Shown here: piece by piece, positions 1 to 12,008 of the stretch
How the letters are laid out: each line of letters opens with the position of its first letter
How positions within the stretch are numbered: position 1 is the first letter of the stretch
From: Octopus sinensis
Lineage: Eukaryota
DNA length: 64,000 nt
Direction of reading: 5' to 3'
Assembly: GCF_006345805.1 (NCBI RefSeq)
Contig: NC_042997.1
Location: 178,126,001-178,190,000, forward strand
The notes under the pieces: generated by a model
Database searches by the model: none
What the model was told of the DNA's origin: nothing
Seen by the model: the letters and a program-made list of their open reading frames with translations, nothing else
Made by a program: the position numbers and the translations under genes

Positions 1-564
1 ATGTATAAATAAATTACGGGACTCAATAGAAACTAGAAATATAAAGTATTTTTAATACAACATAACTGAAAGGCTCCTAGTTCCAGTACTCTGAATTAAA
101 ATGTTTCCGATCATCAGCTGATAATCAGAGTCTGCCTTTCTTTTGAAATATTAACTGTTTGAATTTTTTTCATTTGAAATACGTATATATATAAACATAT
201 TCGTCAAAATTTTTTCGTTCAGCATTGAATTAAAGTAGAAAATATTATGTAGTAATTTCAAACAGCATTCGAAGTCTATTTCTTTCATAATATATACAAA
301 GAAGCACCGGCTGGCTTCGGCTGCTGAATATTAAGAAGCAGTCAAGAGAGAAGTGGGTATATATATATAAATAGTATACATAGCAGTTCAGTTCCTGATT
401 TGAATTTACACGCTTCTCTTTTGTTTTTAACTATGTACAGAGACCGTATTACTTCCAAAGCATAATTAATCTTTCAACTATCATTACAAAACAAAGAAAC
501 GATAAAAAACACGTGGAGATTTTGCAAGGAATATGATAGTAAAATATCACATTCTTAATATCTT

Positions 565-635
565 GCGCCGTTGGTGTAGGGGTATCATGCAAGATTCCCA
601 TTCTTGCGACCCGGGTTCGAGTCCCGGACGGCGCA
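565..635 (+). tRNA. tRNA-Gly-CCC: tRNA-Gly, anticodon CCC, intronless
   Basis: Full cloverleaf: acceptor GCGCCGT/ACGGCGC plus discriminator A, anticodon arm CAAGA-TTCCCAT-TCTTG, T arm CCGGG-TTCGAGT-CCCGG; T-run just downstream. Confidence 0.95.
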
Positions 636-640
636 TATTC

Positions 641-646
641 TTTTTT
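641..646 (+). terminator. RNA polymerase III terminator (T6) of the tRNA gene
   Basis: TTTTTT starting 6 nt after the tRNA 3' end. Confidence 0.8.
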
Positions 647-1470
647 GCTTGTTTTTTCAAAATCTTGAGTGTCCTACAATTATCCACGCCACTTTTATTA
701 TTTATACCTTGTATGTCTGCTCCAGTTAGTCACTATTGTGACAATACTTATCTTTTATTCAGTGTTTCAATCCTATTTTAAGAAAGCAAAATGTGTATTG
801 AACAAATTTGCTATTTTTAGCAGGTTGAGTAGCTGCATTAAGGTTTCTTCTATTCTGTTTTTCTTTCCTGCTTTTGTAATTTAGTAAATAATACTTCAAT
901 TTTATAATTCGTTGTTGAATTTTGATATATTTCATTCATTGGCAAGTAACTGAAAAAGAAGTATTACAACTAAAATTACAACAATAATGCTATTTTATTT
1001 TCCTGAAAGTAAAATATTTAAAAAACTTTTTTAATTTTCTGTTTGATTTTGCAGGTATGAGACCAAAGGCAAAAAGAAAAAACAAAAAGGAAAAGAAACA
1101 AAAAAAATAAGAATGAAGGTTTTTTGAATATTTAACCACATCATTAAAACAAACAGGTACCTCAGATGTACCAAACACTGTCCCATAGTACAACGTCTGA
1201 GATATGAATGGAAATCCAAGTACAAAAAGGATACTTTATTACATCATCAATTAAAGTTTGTTTTCCTTGCTGGCATGAGTTGGACGGTTCAGCAGGTGCT
1301 GAAGAGACAGAGAACTGCATCAAGTTCTAATGTCTTCCTTGGCATGGTTTATGCAGTTGGATACACTCCCTGATGCGGGTTTCTTTACAGTGTGAACCGG
1401 GTGGTGTTTACCTGTACCAACACTAGTGAGGTTACCAAATAACTAGCAAGACAAGATACCCTCGACTGAG

Positions 1471-1838
1471 TGAGTGTGTGTGTGTGTGTGTGTGGTGTGG
1501 GGGGGGGTTATATATAGGAAAGTGGCTTTAAGCCAGGTGGTGAGGTACATAAAAGTCACTTTCTTTAAAGGAAGAAAAATTGTAGAAATCATCATCATCA
1601 TCATCACTACCACCATCACCACCACCATCACCATCATCACCACCACCACCACCACCATCATCACATTCACCATCACCATCATCACCACCACCACCACCAC
1701 CATCACCATCACCATCATCATGATCATCATCATCACCACCATCACCACCACCACCACCACCACCACCATCACCATCGTCATCATCATCATCATCATCACC
1801 ATCATCTCCACCACCACCACCACCACCACCACCACCAC
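1471..1838. repeat. Compound microsatellite: (TG)n, G-run, then mosaic (CAC/CAT)n
   Basis: Directly visible; explains the low-complexity ORFs at 1443-1875. Confidence 0.95.
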
Positions 1839-1844
1839 TATGAT

Positions 1845-3184
1845 TACATTTCAAAATGTCTGTCTTTTGCCTTGATCATGGCCTGCGAACAAGCATTCAC
1901 TGAGTTACATAAACACCATACCACCTCTTCATCCAACTTGACCTATGAACACAGAAAGACTGTCTTCAGATTTGACATACTTAAATAGGAGTGAGCAGAA
2001 ACATTATGCTGTGACTGCAAAGACCCAGGCTGCTTCCTGCATCAGTTCCGCATAGCCCCTGCCCATTCAAAGTACCCCGGATCCCAGAACATTCCGCTGT
2101 GCTTGAGGAGACCTGTTGAGTCAAGTACATGAACATGAACGTTGAAATAAATATCAATGGAAATAGTAGTTGTGATGCCTGTGCCGGTGGCACATAAAAA
2201 GCACTATCCGAACGTGGCCGATGCCAGCGCCGCCCCGACTGGCTTCTGTGCCGGTGGCACATAAAAAGCACCATCCGAACGTGGCCAATGCCAGCGCCGC
2301 CCCGACTGGCTCCTGTGCCGGTGGCACATAAAAAGACCATCCGAACGTTGCCAGCTGGCTTCCGTGCCGCTGGCACGTTAAAAGCTCCAACCGATCGTGA
2401 CCGATGCCGGACCTCCCCTGGCACCTGTGCAGGTGGCACGTAAAAAGCACCCACTACACTCGCGGAGTGGTTGGCGTTGGGAAGGGCATCCAGCCGTAGA
2501 AACTCTGCCAGATCAGACTGGAGCCTGGAGCAGCCCCTGGCTTCCCAGACCCCGGTCGAACCGTCCAACCCGTGCTAGCGCGGAAAACAGACGTTAAACG
2601 ATGATGATGATGATGATGGACCAGATAGCAAAGTCCATGGAATTATGTATGGACTTGAGGGAAGCCATATCGCTGCCTTGTCCTAAAAAGCCACTGAAAT
2701 ACTCTTTACAACATCTGTGTCAAATTGGATGTGTGGGCTGAAGCTCCTCTGTCTCAAGTGAAGATGTAATGGTCACCAAAGATTTCTGTGACTGAGGGTA
2801 ACACTCTCTCATCGAACATTTTCACATAAACTTTACTGTTGGCCTTGATGCCAGCATCAATGAAGATCAAGGAGGACTTAAACTCATCAGATGCAACTGT
2901 GTCTCACACTGTAAGTGAAGCTGGCTTCTGACAGCATAAATGATTCCTACTACCTTTGGGCAAGGCCCCTGCATTACATTCATAAAGCCTGCCATTCTAC
3001 CTGTTGCTAACTGCCTCCACATTGAAGATCTTGTTAGACAAGATTGACACTTTGTTAGTGGCAATCTTCATCTCAGCTAACATGGTTTTACCCCTGTCAA
3101 GCTGCTTCTTCTTGGAAGCTGCTGAAATTGTTTCTTGTATGCAGTTAGCTTAAATCTTCTTTAAAAATCTTGTGCATTGACAAT
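1845..3184 (-). mobile_element. Degraded maT/DD37D-like Tc1-mariner transposase relic, split by an RTE-tail insertion (about 1981-2618)
   Basis: Minus-strand translation across frameshifts: KIFNVEAVSNR, SSLIFIDAGIKANSKVYVKMFDERVLP, GASAHTSNLTQ, MDFAIW (2620-3050), then KLDEEVV...AMIKAKDRHFEM* (1845-1980). Confidence 0.7.
2090..2618 (+). mobile_element. 3' UTR/tail of an RTE-clade LINE (or derived SINE) with internal GTGCCGGTGGCAC subrepeats and (GAT)n tail
   Basis: Matches many other copies in the window; the copy at 33363-34140 is joined to RTE ORF2 C-terminal coding sequence. Confidence 0.8.
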
Positions 3185-3186
3185 TT

Positions 3187-3580
3187 CGCAGGAGTGGCTG
3201 CATGGTAAGTAGCTTGCTTACCAACCACATGGTTCCGGGTTTAGTCCCACTGCATAGCACCTTGGGCAAGTGTCTTCTACTATAGCCTTGGGCTGATCAG
3301 AGCCTTGTGAGTGGATTTGGTAGGTGGAAACTGAAAGAAGCCCGTTGTATATATGTATATGTATATGTGTGTGTCTGTGTTTGTCCCCCCCACCCCAACA
3401 TCGCTTGACAACCGATGCTGGTGTGTTTACATCCTTGTAACTTAGCGGTTCAGCAAAAGAGACTGATAGAATAAGTACTAGGCTTACAAAGAATAAGTCC
3501 TGGTGTCGATTTCCTTGACTAAAGGTGGTGCTCCAGCATGGCTGCAGTCAAATGACTGAAACAAGTAAAAGAGTAAAGAG
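3187..3580 (+). mobile_element. tRNA-derived SINE, family A (most abundant in window)
   Basis: Head GCAGGAGTGGCTG...GGTTCCGGGTTTAGTCCC with A/B-box-like motifs, CTTGGGCAAGTG core, internal (TA/TG)n, AAGAGT-type tail; more than 10 related copies. Confidence 0.85.
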
Positions 3581-3994
3581 AATATCAAGAACGTTTGCAG
3601 TTTTTCATGCACTCCCGTGAGGATTTCAGTTCATTCACTTCTTCACAGTGTCAACAGGTTGTTTGGTATGATTTGATAATTTACTACTAGGAATTGGCTT
3701 GCTAGAAGTAGTAGCAGACTCTATATATCATTTCCAGGTATTGAACACTGTTTTACAGCACACATTCAACTTATATCTTTGTTGTTCACCCCAGCAATTT
3801 TCAAAGCAACAACCTGGTCACATTTTGCTTTTGATGCCATGTTTGTTAATGAACCTGTTATAGATGAATGAAACTATAGCCACATGAACAAAAGACATAT
3901 GCAAATCTTTATGTAAAATGTAGATAATATTATTTGAACCAATATTCTTTAGGAAGCGTTTTAAACATGGATAAATTTTTCTGTATATATACAT

Positions 3995-4251
3995 ATGTGT
4001 GCCAGTGGCACGTAAAAAGCACCATCCGATCGTGGCCGTTTGCCAGCCCCGTCTGGCACCTGTGCTGGTGGCACGTAAAAAGCACCCACTACACTCACGG
4101 AGTGGTTGACGTTAGGAAGGGCATCCAGCCGTAGAAACATTGCCAGATCAGACTGGGCCTGGTGCAGCCTTCTGGCTTCCCAGACCCCAGTTGAACCATC
4201 CAACCCATGCTAGCATGGAAAGCGGACGCTAAACGATGATGATGATGATGA

Positions 4252-4253
<2 letters not shown>
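3995..4253 (+). mobile_element. RTE 3' tail copy
   Basis: Same sequence as 2090-2618, ends GGACGCTAAAC(GAT)n. Confidence 0.8.
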
Positions 4254-4313
<60 letters not shown>

Positions 4314-5433
4314 CAAGGGTGAGACAGAATAATTTAAACACATTAAAATTTTAAGCAAATTCATTTTAATATGGGGTACAACTAACTTTGGCAGTAATTA
4401 CAGCTTGAATTCTATGAGGTATGGATTCCAAAGGAATTTTTTTGTCCATTCTTCAGCTAAAACAGTCTCCAGTTATTGTAGTGATGATGATGGAGGATAT
4501 TGACTCCTTACTTGTTTTTCTAAAATGCACCATAAACGTTCAATAATATCAAGACCTGGACACTGTGGTGGCCAGATAAGATGTTCAACGTTATTAGAAT
4601 GTTCCTTGTGCCATTCAGTAACAATTTTAGCTGTGTGAATTGGTGCATTATCATCCTGGAAGATTATGTTTCCCTCCGGAAACAGTTCCACAACCATAGG
4701 ATGAATTTGATTAGATAAAATGCTTAAATAGTTTTGACTATTAATTCCGCAATGGGCCAACTGCTTCTTTTGACTGTCTCTACGCGTATACTCAGCCGGT
4801 GGTTGGAAGGATGACTTGTCCATGAAAATAACATTCTTCCATTTTTCTAGGGACCAATTCTGTAGGTTTTTACTCCACTCTAAATGCTTTGCCATGTTTG
4901 TTTTTGAAAGTAGTGGTTTTCTGATTGCAGCTTTGTGCAGCTTCCGGTGAGTAGTTTTTGTGGAAACTGGGTTCACGAGGTGGTCATTAAGCTTTGCAGT
5001 AATTTTAGGAGCTGTACTTTTGTGATCCTTTCTAACAATTCTGCTGGTCCATATCTGAAAGTTTTGGTTTTCTTCTGGAGTTTTGTTTCAATGAGGAGGT
5101 TTTTCCCTCTTTCTCAAAGGCTGTCATTACTTTTGAGACAGTTCTTCTTGATACACTAAACATTTCAGCTGTTTTCATTACGCTAGTGCCTGCCATATGA
5201 GCACCAACAATTTGACCTCTTTGAAAGTCCAACAGATCTGTCATTTTAATGAATTTTAATTACCTTTCTCTGATGATTTCTAAAAAGAAACAGCAATTTT
5301 AGCAAAACATATTAAGTAACACTAATAAAAAATCAAAAAACATAAAAATAAACAAGCTTTTGACGGTTTTATAGACATTTCAAAATTATGATGCTATGAT
5401 GCTAGGTGTTTCCATGATTTTGTCCAACCCCTG
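4314..5433 (-). mobile_element. Tc1-family DNA transposon, defective, DD36E catalytic spacing
   Basis: TA flanks; TIR CAGGGGTTGGACAAAATCATGGAAACACC at right end, diverged TIR at left; ORF pieces MTDLLDFQRGQIVG..., VIFMDKSSF, FQDDNAPIH...PGLDIIERLW; internal deletion relative to the copy at 30044. Confidence 0.92.
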
Positions 5434-5467
<34 letters not shown>

Positions 5468-5468
<1 letters not shown>

Positions 5469-5695
5469 CGTGACGTATATTTGCCATTTGAATATGGCTA
5501 ACCCCTAAGGGTGGATGCTACTGTAGTTTGTAGCCCCAGGAGGACACTCCTCCAGCTAGCTATAGACACACTTTCTGATAGGGCACAGAAAGTGTGTCTA
5601 TAGCCAGCTGGAGGAGGTGTCCTCCTGGGGCTACAAACTACAGTAGCATCCACCCTAGGGGCTAGCCATATTCAAATGGCAAATATACGTCACGA
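5468..5695. repeat. Near-perfect palindrome, about 110-bp arms, 8-nt spacer
   Basis: 5468-5577 is the reverse complement of 5586-5695 with a few mismatches. Confidence 0.95.
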
Positions 5696-6039
5696 TGTGT
5701 TGCTGCTACTGTTATAACTCGCTCTGAGATTTATCATTGTTATATATATATATCATCATCATCATCATCATTTAACGTCCACCTTCCATGCTAGCATGAT
5801 ATATATATGTATATATGTACACAGGGTGTTCCAGAAAGTGCATGTAAAGCACACAAAACCATGAAGACATCTTGAAAACCAACTGATGAAAAAAATCCGC
5901 TCTGAATGTTCCTTGTATTGTGCTTTTGTCTTCTTTTTCTGTCTGTTGTACTTTTCTCTCCTTTTTCCATCCATTATGTTTTCACCCAGTTTTTGTCTAA
6001 ATATTCCCTTTATTGTGTTCTTTCTGCTTAACCTTTGGA

Positions 6040-6081
<42 letters not shown>

Positions 6082-6133
6082 ATATATATATACATATATA
6101 TATATATATGTGTATATATATATATATTATATA

Positions 6134-6164
<31 letters not shown>

Positions 6165-6604
6165 GTATGTATATATATATATTATATATATATATACACA
6201 CACACACATATACATAAATATATACATATATATAAATCTAAATTTTTTTATTTTGGTTGGTAGGTACAGAAATGAAAATAAGTAATTAAGTGCTAAATAA
6301 AATTGGATATAAATCTATATTCTCCTTTATTATAAATTGATTACTCACACACACATACATACACACGTGCACACACACACACACACACATGTAGGGATAA
6401 GCAAGTTAGACAGATCAATATATGAAGCCTTACTCTATTATTACATGAAATACACATTTCTTGCATGTCATATATTAATATGGCAAGACTTTATATATTG
6501 ATTTGTCTAACTTGCTTACATTTATTCATATATCCACTGCAGTTTAACTCTCTTGAGCTTTACTTAGTGTATTCTATATGGAGAATATCTGCTTCTCATT
6601 TACG

Positions 6605-6648
<44 letters not shown>

Positions 6649-6649
6649 A

Positions 6650-7250
6650 TCATCATCATCATCATCATCATTTAACATCCGCTTTCCATGCTAGCATGGG
6701 TTGGACGATTTGACTGAGGCCTGGCGAGCCAGAAGGCTGCACCAGGCTCCAATCTGATCTGGCAGAGTTTCTACACCTGCATGCCCTTCCTAACACCAAC
6801 CACTCCGAGAGTGTAGTGGGTGCTTTTACATCCCTCCGGCACGAGGGCCAGTCTGGCGGTACTGGCAATTGCCACACTCAAGTGGTGTTTCTTACATGCC
6901 ACCTACACAGGAGCCAGTCCAGCGGCACTGGCAATGACCTCGCTTGAATGTTTTTCATGTGCCACTGGCACAAGTGCCGGTAAGACAATGCTGGTAATGA
7001 TCACACTTGAATGGTGCTTCTTACGTGCCACCGGCACGGAAGCCAGTTAGCTGCTCTGGCAACAATCACGCTCGGATGGTGCTCTTAGTGTTCCATCAGC
7101 ATGGATGCCAGTCATCGAATTTGATTTCGATTTCGGTTTCACTTGCCTCAACAGGTCTTTACAAGCAGAGTTTAGTGTCCAATGAAGGAAAGGTACGCAT
7201 AAGTGGGCTGGTTACATCTCTGGCATAGGCCACAAGGTTATGGTCTCACA
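6650..7250 (-). mobile_element. RTE 3' tail copy
   Basis: (CAT)n then TTTAACATCCGCTTTCCATGCTAGCATGGG and the subrepeat region. Confidence 0.8.
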
Positions 7251-7589
7251 TCATTGAAATCTCAAAGCTACAAGATAATGTATGAGGAATTCAAAAATGA
7301 TGTGATAAAATATCTATTACATTTGCTAGACTAACCTGAATATTAAAAGGTTAAAACCACTTTGATATGACCTTTTATATGGTAACATGACTTTTGTTTG
7401 ATGGTGGGGAGGGCACTGAACTGACATAAAATATTTGGTTTTTATTTAGTTATTCAAAGAAAGAATAGATTACAATGGCTTCCCATTACTTTCTTAAGGC
7501 CCACAAAAAGATTTGAACTCAGTATAGCAAGGTAATGAATCTTTCATCAGTTTTACTGCTTGTATGGAGTATTCTCCCATGTGGTTCTT

Positions 7590-7820
7590 ATTTCTTTACT
7601 CCCCATAAGGGGCTACTCGCAGAGGGGACAAACAAGGACAGACAAACGGATTAAGTTGATTATATCAACCCCAGTGTGTAACTGGTACTTATTTAATTGA
7701 CCCCGAAAGGATGAAAGGCAATGTCGACCTTGGCGGAATTTGAACTCAGAATGTAGCAGCAGATGAAATACCGCTAAGCATTTCAACCGGCATGCTGATG
7801 TTTCTGCCAGCTCATCGCCC
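7590..7820 (-). mobile_element. tRNA-derived SINE, family C
   Basis: Minus strand reads GGCGATGAGCTGGCAGAAACATCAGC...TTCTGAGTTCAAATTCCGCC...TAAAGAAATAA; many related copies. Confidence 0.8.
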
Positions 7821-9679
7821 ATGTGGTTCTTACTTGGAGCTTGATGAGGTCATTTCATGCTTATCTTCATTGAGTGTGAAACCTTTGGTGAGTGTTCAAT
7901 GTCACAAACATGATACTTGTTATGGGTCCTGTCTGTGTTGAGTGTTAAGTATCCTGACCAGATTGAGTGTTAACCATAAGCTATTTTGAGTGAAGTATCA
8001 AGATCATTTTGCATGTTCTTACTATACAGATTAAGTGTCCTGAATGTGTTGAGTGCTAAACAACCTGGTCAAGTTAAGTGTTAAGCGTATTGGCCCTGTT
8101 AACTGTCATGACTCTGCTGAGTACTGTTTTTTAGACTAAAGCTAAATTTATCATTCTAATGTCCAAGACATTAATTTTTGTAAGTTCAGATTGCACCTTA
8201 TTTTAATAAGCCTATGGATAATTACCTTCTTCTCTGGATTCATAATCTGAAGATGCAAACGTTCTTTGTTTTTCTTTTTTGAGATAAACAAACTTTGGAA
8301 TCCTACTCAGTAACAAATTTATGTTACTTTAAATAGAAAATCAATAAGGAAGCAGGAGTATTGATTTCCTACATAGAAACTAGGCATTAGATTTATTATT
8401 CCTTGCCACTGTACTTGTCCTTGGTCTCTGTGGCTTTAAGAGGATACGAATCAAATTACCCTTGGGATAGGATGTTAATCTTTCATAGCCAGGAAGAGAA
8501 ACCTCTCACACAAACTCAACGTTACAATAATTTCATGGTACCACTATTATTTTCCATGGTGAATTGTAGCTACTTTTAGCAGTGGTGCCTGGTGGTTGTT
8601 GTTACATGGTGTGATATTGAATTATCTGGAACATGTATCAACATATAAGTTCTATGCTATTTCTATACATAATACAACTTCACCCTAAATTAATCTTTGA
8701 TCTTTGAATGTGTATTATTGAATCTGAAAATATATTACAGTTAAATTATGTCATACTATCACAAGAAAATAATTATTATGAAGAAAATTTACCATCATTG
8801 GTATCTTCCATTGGTGTATGGTGCTCACCAAGCATATCCAGAATATATGTACCATGTCATGCAGGATATATCCAGAATATATATACCATGTCATATAGGA
8901 TATATATATTAACCAAGATTGAACCAAGATACTTGATGAAATGATATTAAAAAAAATAATTTGGAAATAAACTGTTCCAATAAAGAAACAGCCACCTAGG
9001 GTCAGTTTGGGATGTCCTTGACTTCAGAATGACTCTAATGAACTACAAGGAGCAAGCCAACTCACCCTGTTGTGATCTCTGACCTACAATTCCCAAATTT
9101 AAAGTAAGCTCATTCAGCAATAGAAAATTTGTTGCATTCACCCACCTTTGGCAAATTTTCTAGAGGGCAGATACAGAATCTTGGATATAGACACACAAAA
9201 CCTCATTATGAAAATATATTAATGACAGAACATCAACTTCTAGACTTTTGGTTTTTTAGTTTAAATTTGGGTTCATTCCATGGTGCAGCACCTTGAGTAA
9301 GTGATTTCTGCAGGTTGACCAGAGACCATTTAGTGAAATTTGGTAGAAGGAAACTGTGAGGAAACCTAATAGATGGTTCATTCATGTTTTTATGTAATAG
9401 ACTTAAGCAATCATCCAGTTTAACACCACTTTTTGAGCATTGGGTGCTTTTTTTTTTGGTAAGTCCATTTTGTTGACAACATTTGACCCGTGTCCTTAGT
9501 CTAGGGATAAATTCCTCTGATCAACAACAACAAGCAAATAACAACATGGCTAACCTGAGATTAAACATCAATAACCCTAGATAGACAGGGAAGTGATTGA
9601 AGATTTGGCATGCTGCATGCATGCATCCATCCATCCATCCATCCATCCACCCATCATCATCACCACCACCACCACCACC

Positions 9680-9731
<52 letters not shown>

Positions 9732-10170
9732 TCTAAAATATTGTCAAAGTAATTTGGCATGAGTTGGTAGAATCAGTGAGGTTATTTTTCTCAGACTCAC
9801 AGCAAAAGGTAATTCTCATACTATCTTTTATCTTTTACTTGTTTCACTCATTGGACTGCAGCCATGCTAGAGCTCTGCCATGAAGGGTTTGGTGAAACAA
9901 ATCAACCCAGTACTTATTTTGTAAGTCTGCTAATTATTCCAACAGAATAAACAGATAGGTCAACATGTAATTTATAATGTTAAACTTTTCCCTGATGGTA
10001 TTTTGTTCATAACTTATAAATGTAAATTTAATGCATAAATTTGTAAGTTATTCAATAAGTACAAATGGAAACAGCTGTGGGAAGAAACGATTATCTATTT
10101 ATTAATAAAAAATTAACCACTAACTCTTCATTTTCTTCTCTTAATTTGGTATGGATTATATATATATATG

Positions 10171-10300
10171 TAGTCCTCCAGGCAATAACAGAGGAATTCA
10201 AGACAGGATGCCCCTGGGAGCTCCTCTATGCTGATGACCTTGCTCTAATTGCTGAGTCACTATCAGAACTAGAGGAGAAGTTTCAGATGTGGAAGCAAGG
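10171..10300 (+). repeat. Inverted duplicate of the end of the RTE RT fragment (fold-back arm)
   Basis: Encodes VLQAITEEFKTGCPWELLYADDLALIAESL; reverse complement of 10312-10438, 11-nt spacer. Confidence 0.92.
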
Positions 10301-10311
10301 ATTAGAATCGA

Positions 10312-11190
10312 CCTTGCTTCAATACCTGAAACTTCTCTAGTTCTGATAGTGGCTCAGCAATTAGAGCAAGGTGATCAGCATAGAAGAGCTCCCAGAGGCA
10401 TCCTGTCTTGAATCCCTCTGTTATTGCCTGGAGGACTATGATGAATAAGAAGGGGCTGAGGACTGATCCTTGGCAGACCCCTACCTCTACCGGGAATTTT
10501 TCACTATATTCATTGCCAACCCTCACCTCACTGACAGCATCCCTGTTCATGGAGTGTACCGCTCTCACTAACCGCTCATCTATCCCTAGTTTCCACATTG
10601 ACCACCAGATAAGGGAAAGGGGAACCCTGTGAAAGGCTTTCTCCATGTCAACGAAAGCCAGGTACAGAGGTTTATCTTTGGCTAAGTATTTCTCTTGCAG
10701 CTGTCTTACAAGAAATATAGCATCAGTGGTGCCTCTCCCTGGCACAAAGCCAAACTGTATCTCATCTACACTAACCATCTCCCTAATTAGTTGGGCTATC
10801 ACCTCTGTGACTTTCATCACCTGATCCAACAACTTGACACCTCTGAAATTATTCCTATCTAATGCGTCACCTTTACCTTTGTAGCAGTTGATTATGGTGC
10901 TGCTACACCAGTCATTGATATGACTCCTTCATGTATCACCTGGTTGACTATACAGGTGACTAGACTATAGCTGACACCAACAGATATTTTAAGCTTCTCT
11001 GTAGTGATTCCTGATAGACTGAGTTTGTACCCTTCATTGCTTTAATGACCAAGGCTCTGTCAATTCGGATAGCTGGTCCATCTGTTGGGTAACATTTAGC
11101 AGATTCTCTTTCTCCCATTCATTCTCTTCATTTAGCAATCTTTCATAGTGGCATCTCCAAGTCTCTCTCTTTGCAGCCTCATTAAATGCA
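10312..11190 (-). mobile_element. RTE-clade LINE ORF2 reverse transcriptase fragment (pseudogenised)
   Basis: ORF 10302-10832: QFGFVPGRGTTDAIF, FVDMEKAFHRVP, GVCQGSVLSPFLF, YADHLAL; upstream relic coding to about 11190. Confidence 0.92.
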
Positions 11191-11250
11191 AATATCCCTC
11201 AAATGTAAATAATGTAGGATATATATAATATATATATATGTATGTATATA

Positions 11251-11580
11251 TTAGGTCATCCCATAAATAATACGTTTTTTTCAGTTGCATGAACTAAAAG
11301 TTGGAAGGGGATGGGATAAACTACCTGCATCAACTTGTATAAAAGAAGGTAGTAATTTGACCTTGTACTTATTCTTAGTGCAAGTTTTGAAGAGTGCAGT
11401 TCGATTTTAACAGTTATTTTTTCAAAGCTATAATGGAAGTGACAAAGGAGCATATTCAGCATATTTTGCTTTATGAGTTCAATAAAGCCAACAGCACAAC
11501 AGAAAGTGAGAGGAATATTAATGCTGTATATGGGGATCGGACAATAAGCATAAGCCAGTGATGTCAAGTGGGTTTGTATC
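11251..11580 (+). mobile_element. 5' fragment of a mariner element
   Basis: TA + TTAGGTCATCCCATAAATAAT TIR-like start; ATG at 11433 gives [35 protein letters not shown], typical mariner N-terminal HTH. Confidence 0.75.
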
Positions 11581-11649
11581 AAAAGGGTTAATGAAAGCAG
11601 TAGGTGGTGGCTGAATACTAGTGTGAGGAGGAGTGAAATGTGAGGGGGA

Positions 11650-11678
11650 GATAGGTAGGTAGATAGATAAGTAGGTAG

Positions 11679-11709
<31 letters not shown>

Positions 11710-11733
11710 GATAGATGGATAGATGGATAGATG

Positions 11734-11787
<54 letters not shown>

Positions 11788-11788
11788 C

Positions 11789-11827
<39 letters not shown>

Positions 11828-11925
11828 TAGGCTGACAGACAGAGAGATAGATAGTCAGATATACAAACAGAGAGACAGACAAACAGTCAGACAGATAGGC
11901 AGACAGATAGATTAACCAAGAAAGA

Positions 11926-12003
<78 letters not shown>
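11650..12003. repeat. Compound microsatellite (GATA)n-(GACA)n-(GA)n
   Basis: Directly visible. Confidence 0.95.

Positions 12004-12008
<5 letters not shown>

Noticed and set aside
1443-1875. Long poly-V/T/G/D ORFs, and similar MYVC, IYIY, LSLS ORFs at 5886-6285, 11256-12026, 14395-14969 and 38141-38440
   Set aside because: Open frames are produced by microsatellites lacking stop codons.
5570-5605. Hammerhead at the centre of the 5468-5695 palindrome (CTGATAG..GAAAGTGTGTC)
   Set aside because: Core deviates (A8, G9), and there is no convincing stem II or helix III.
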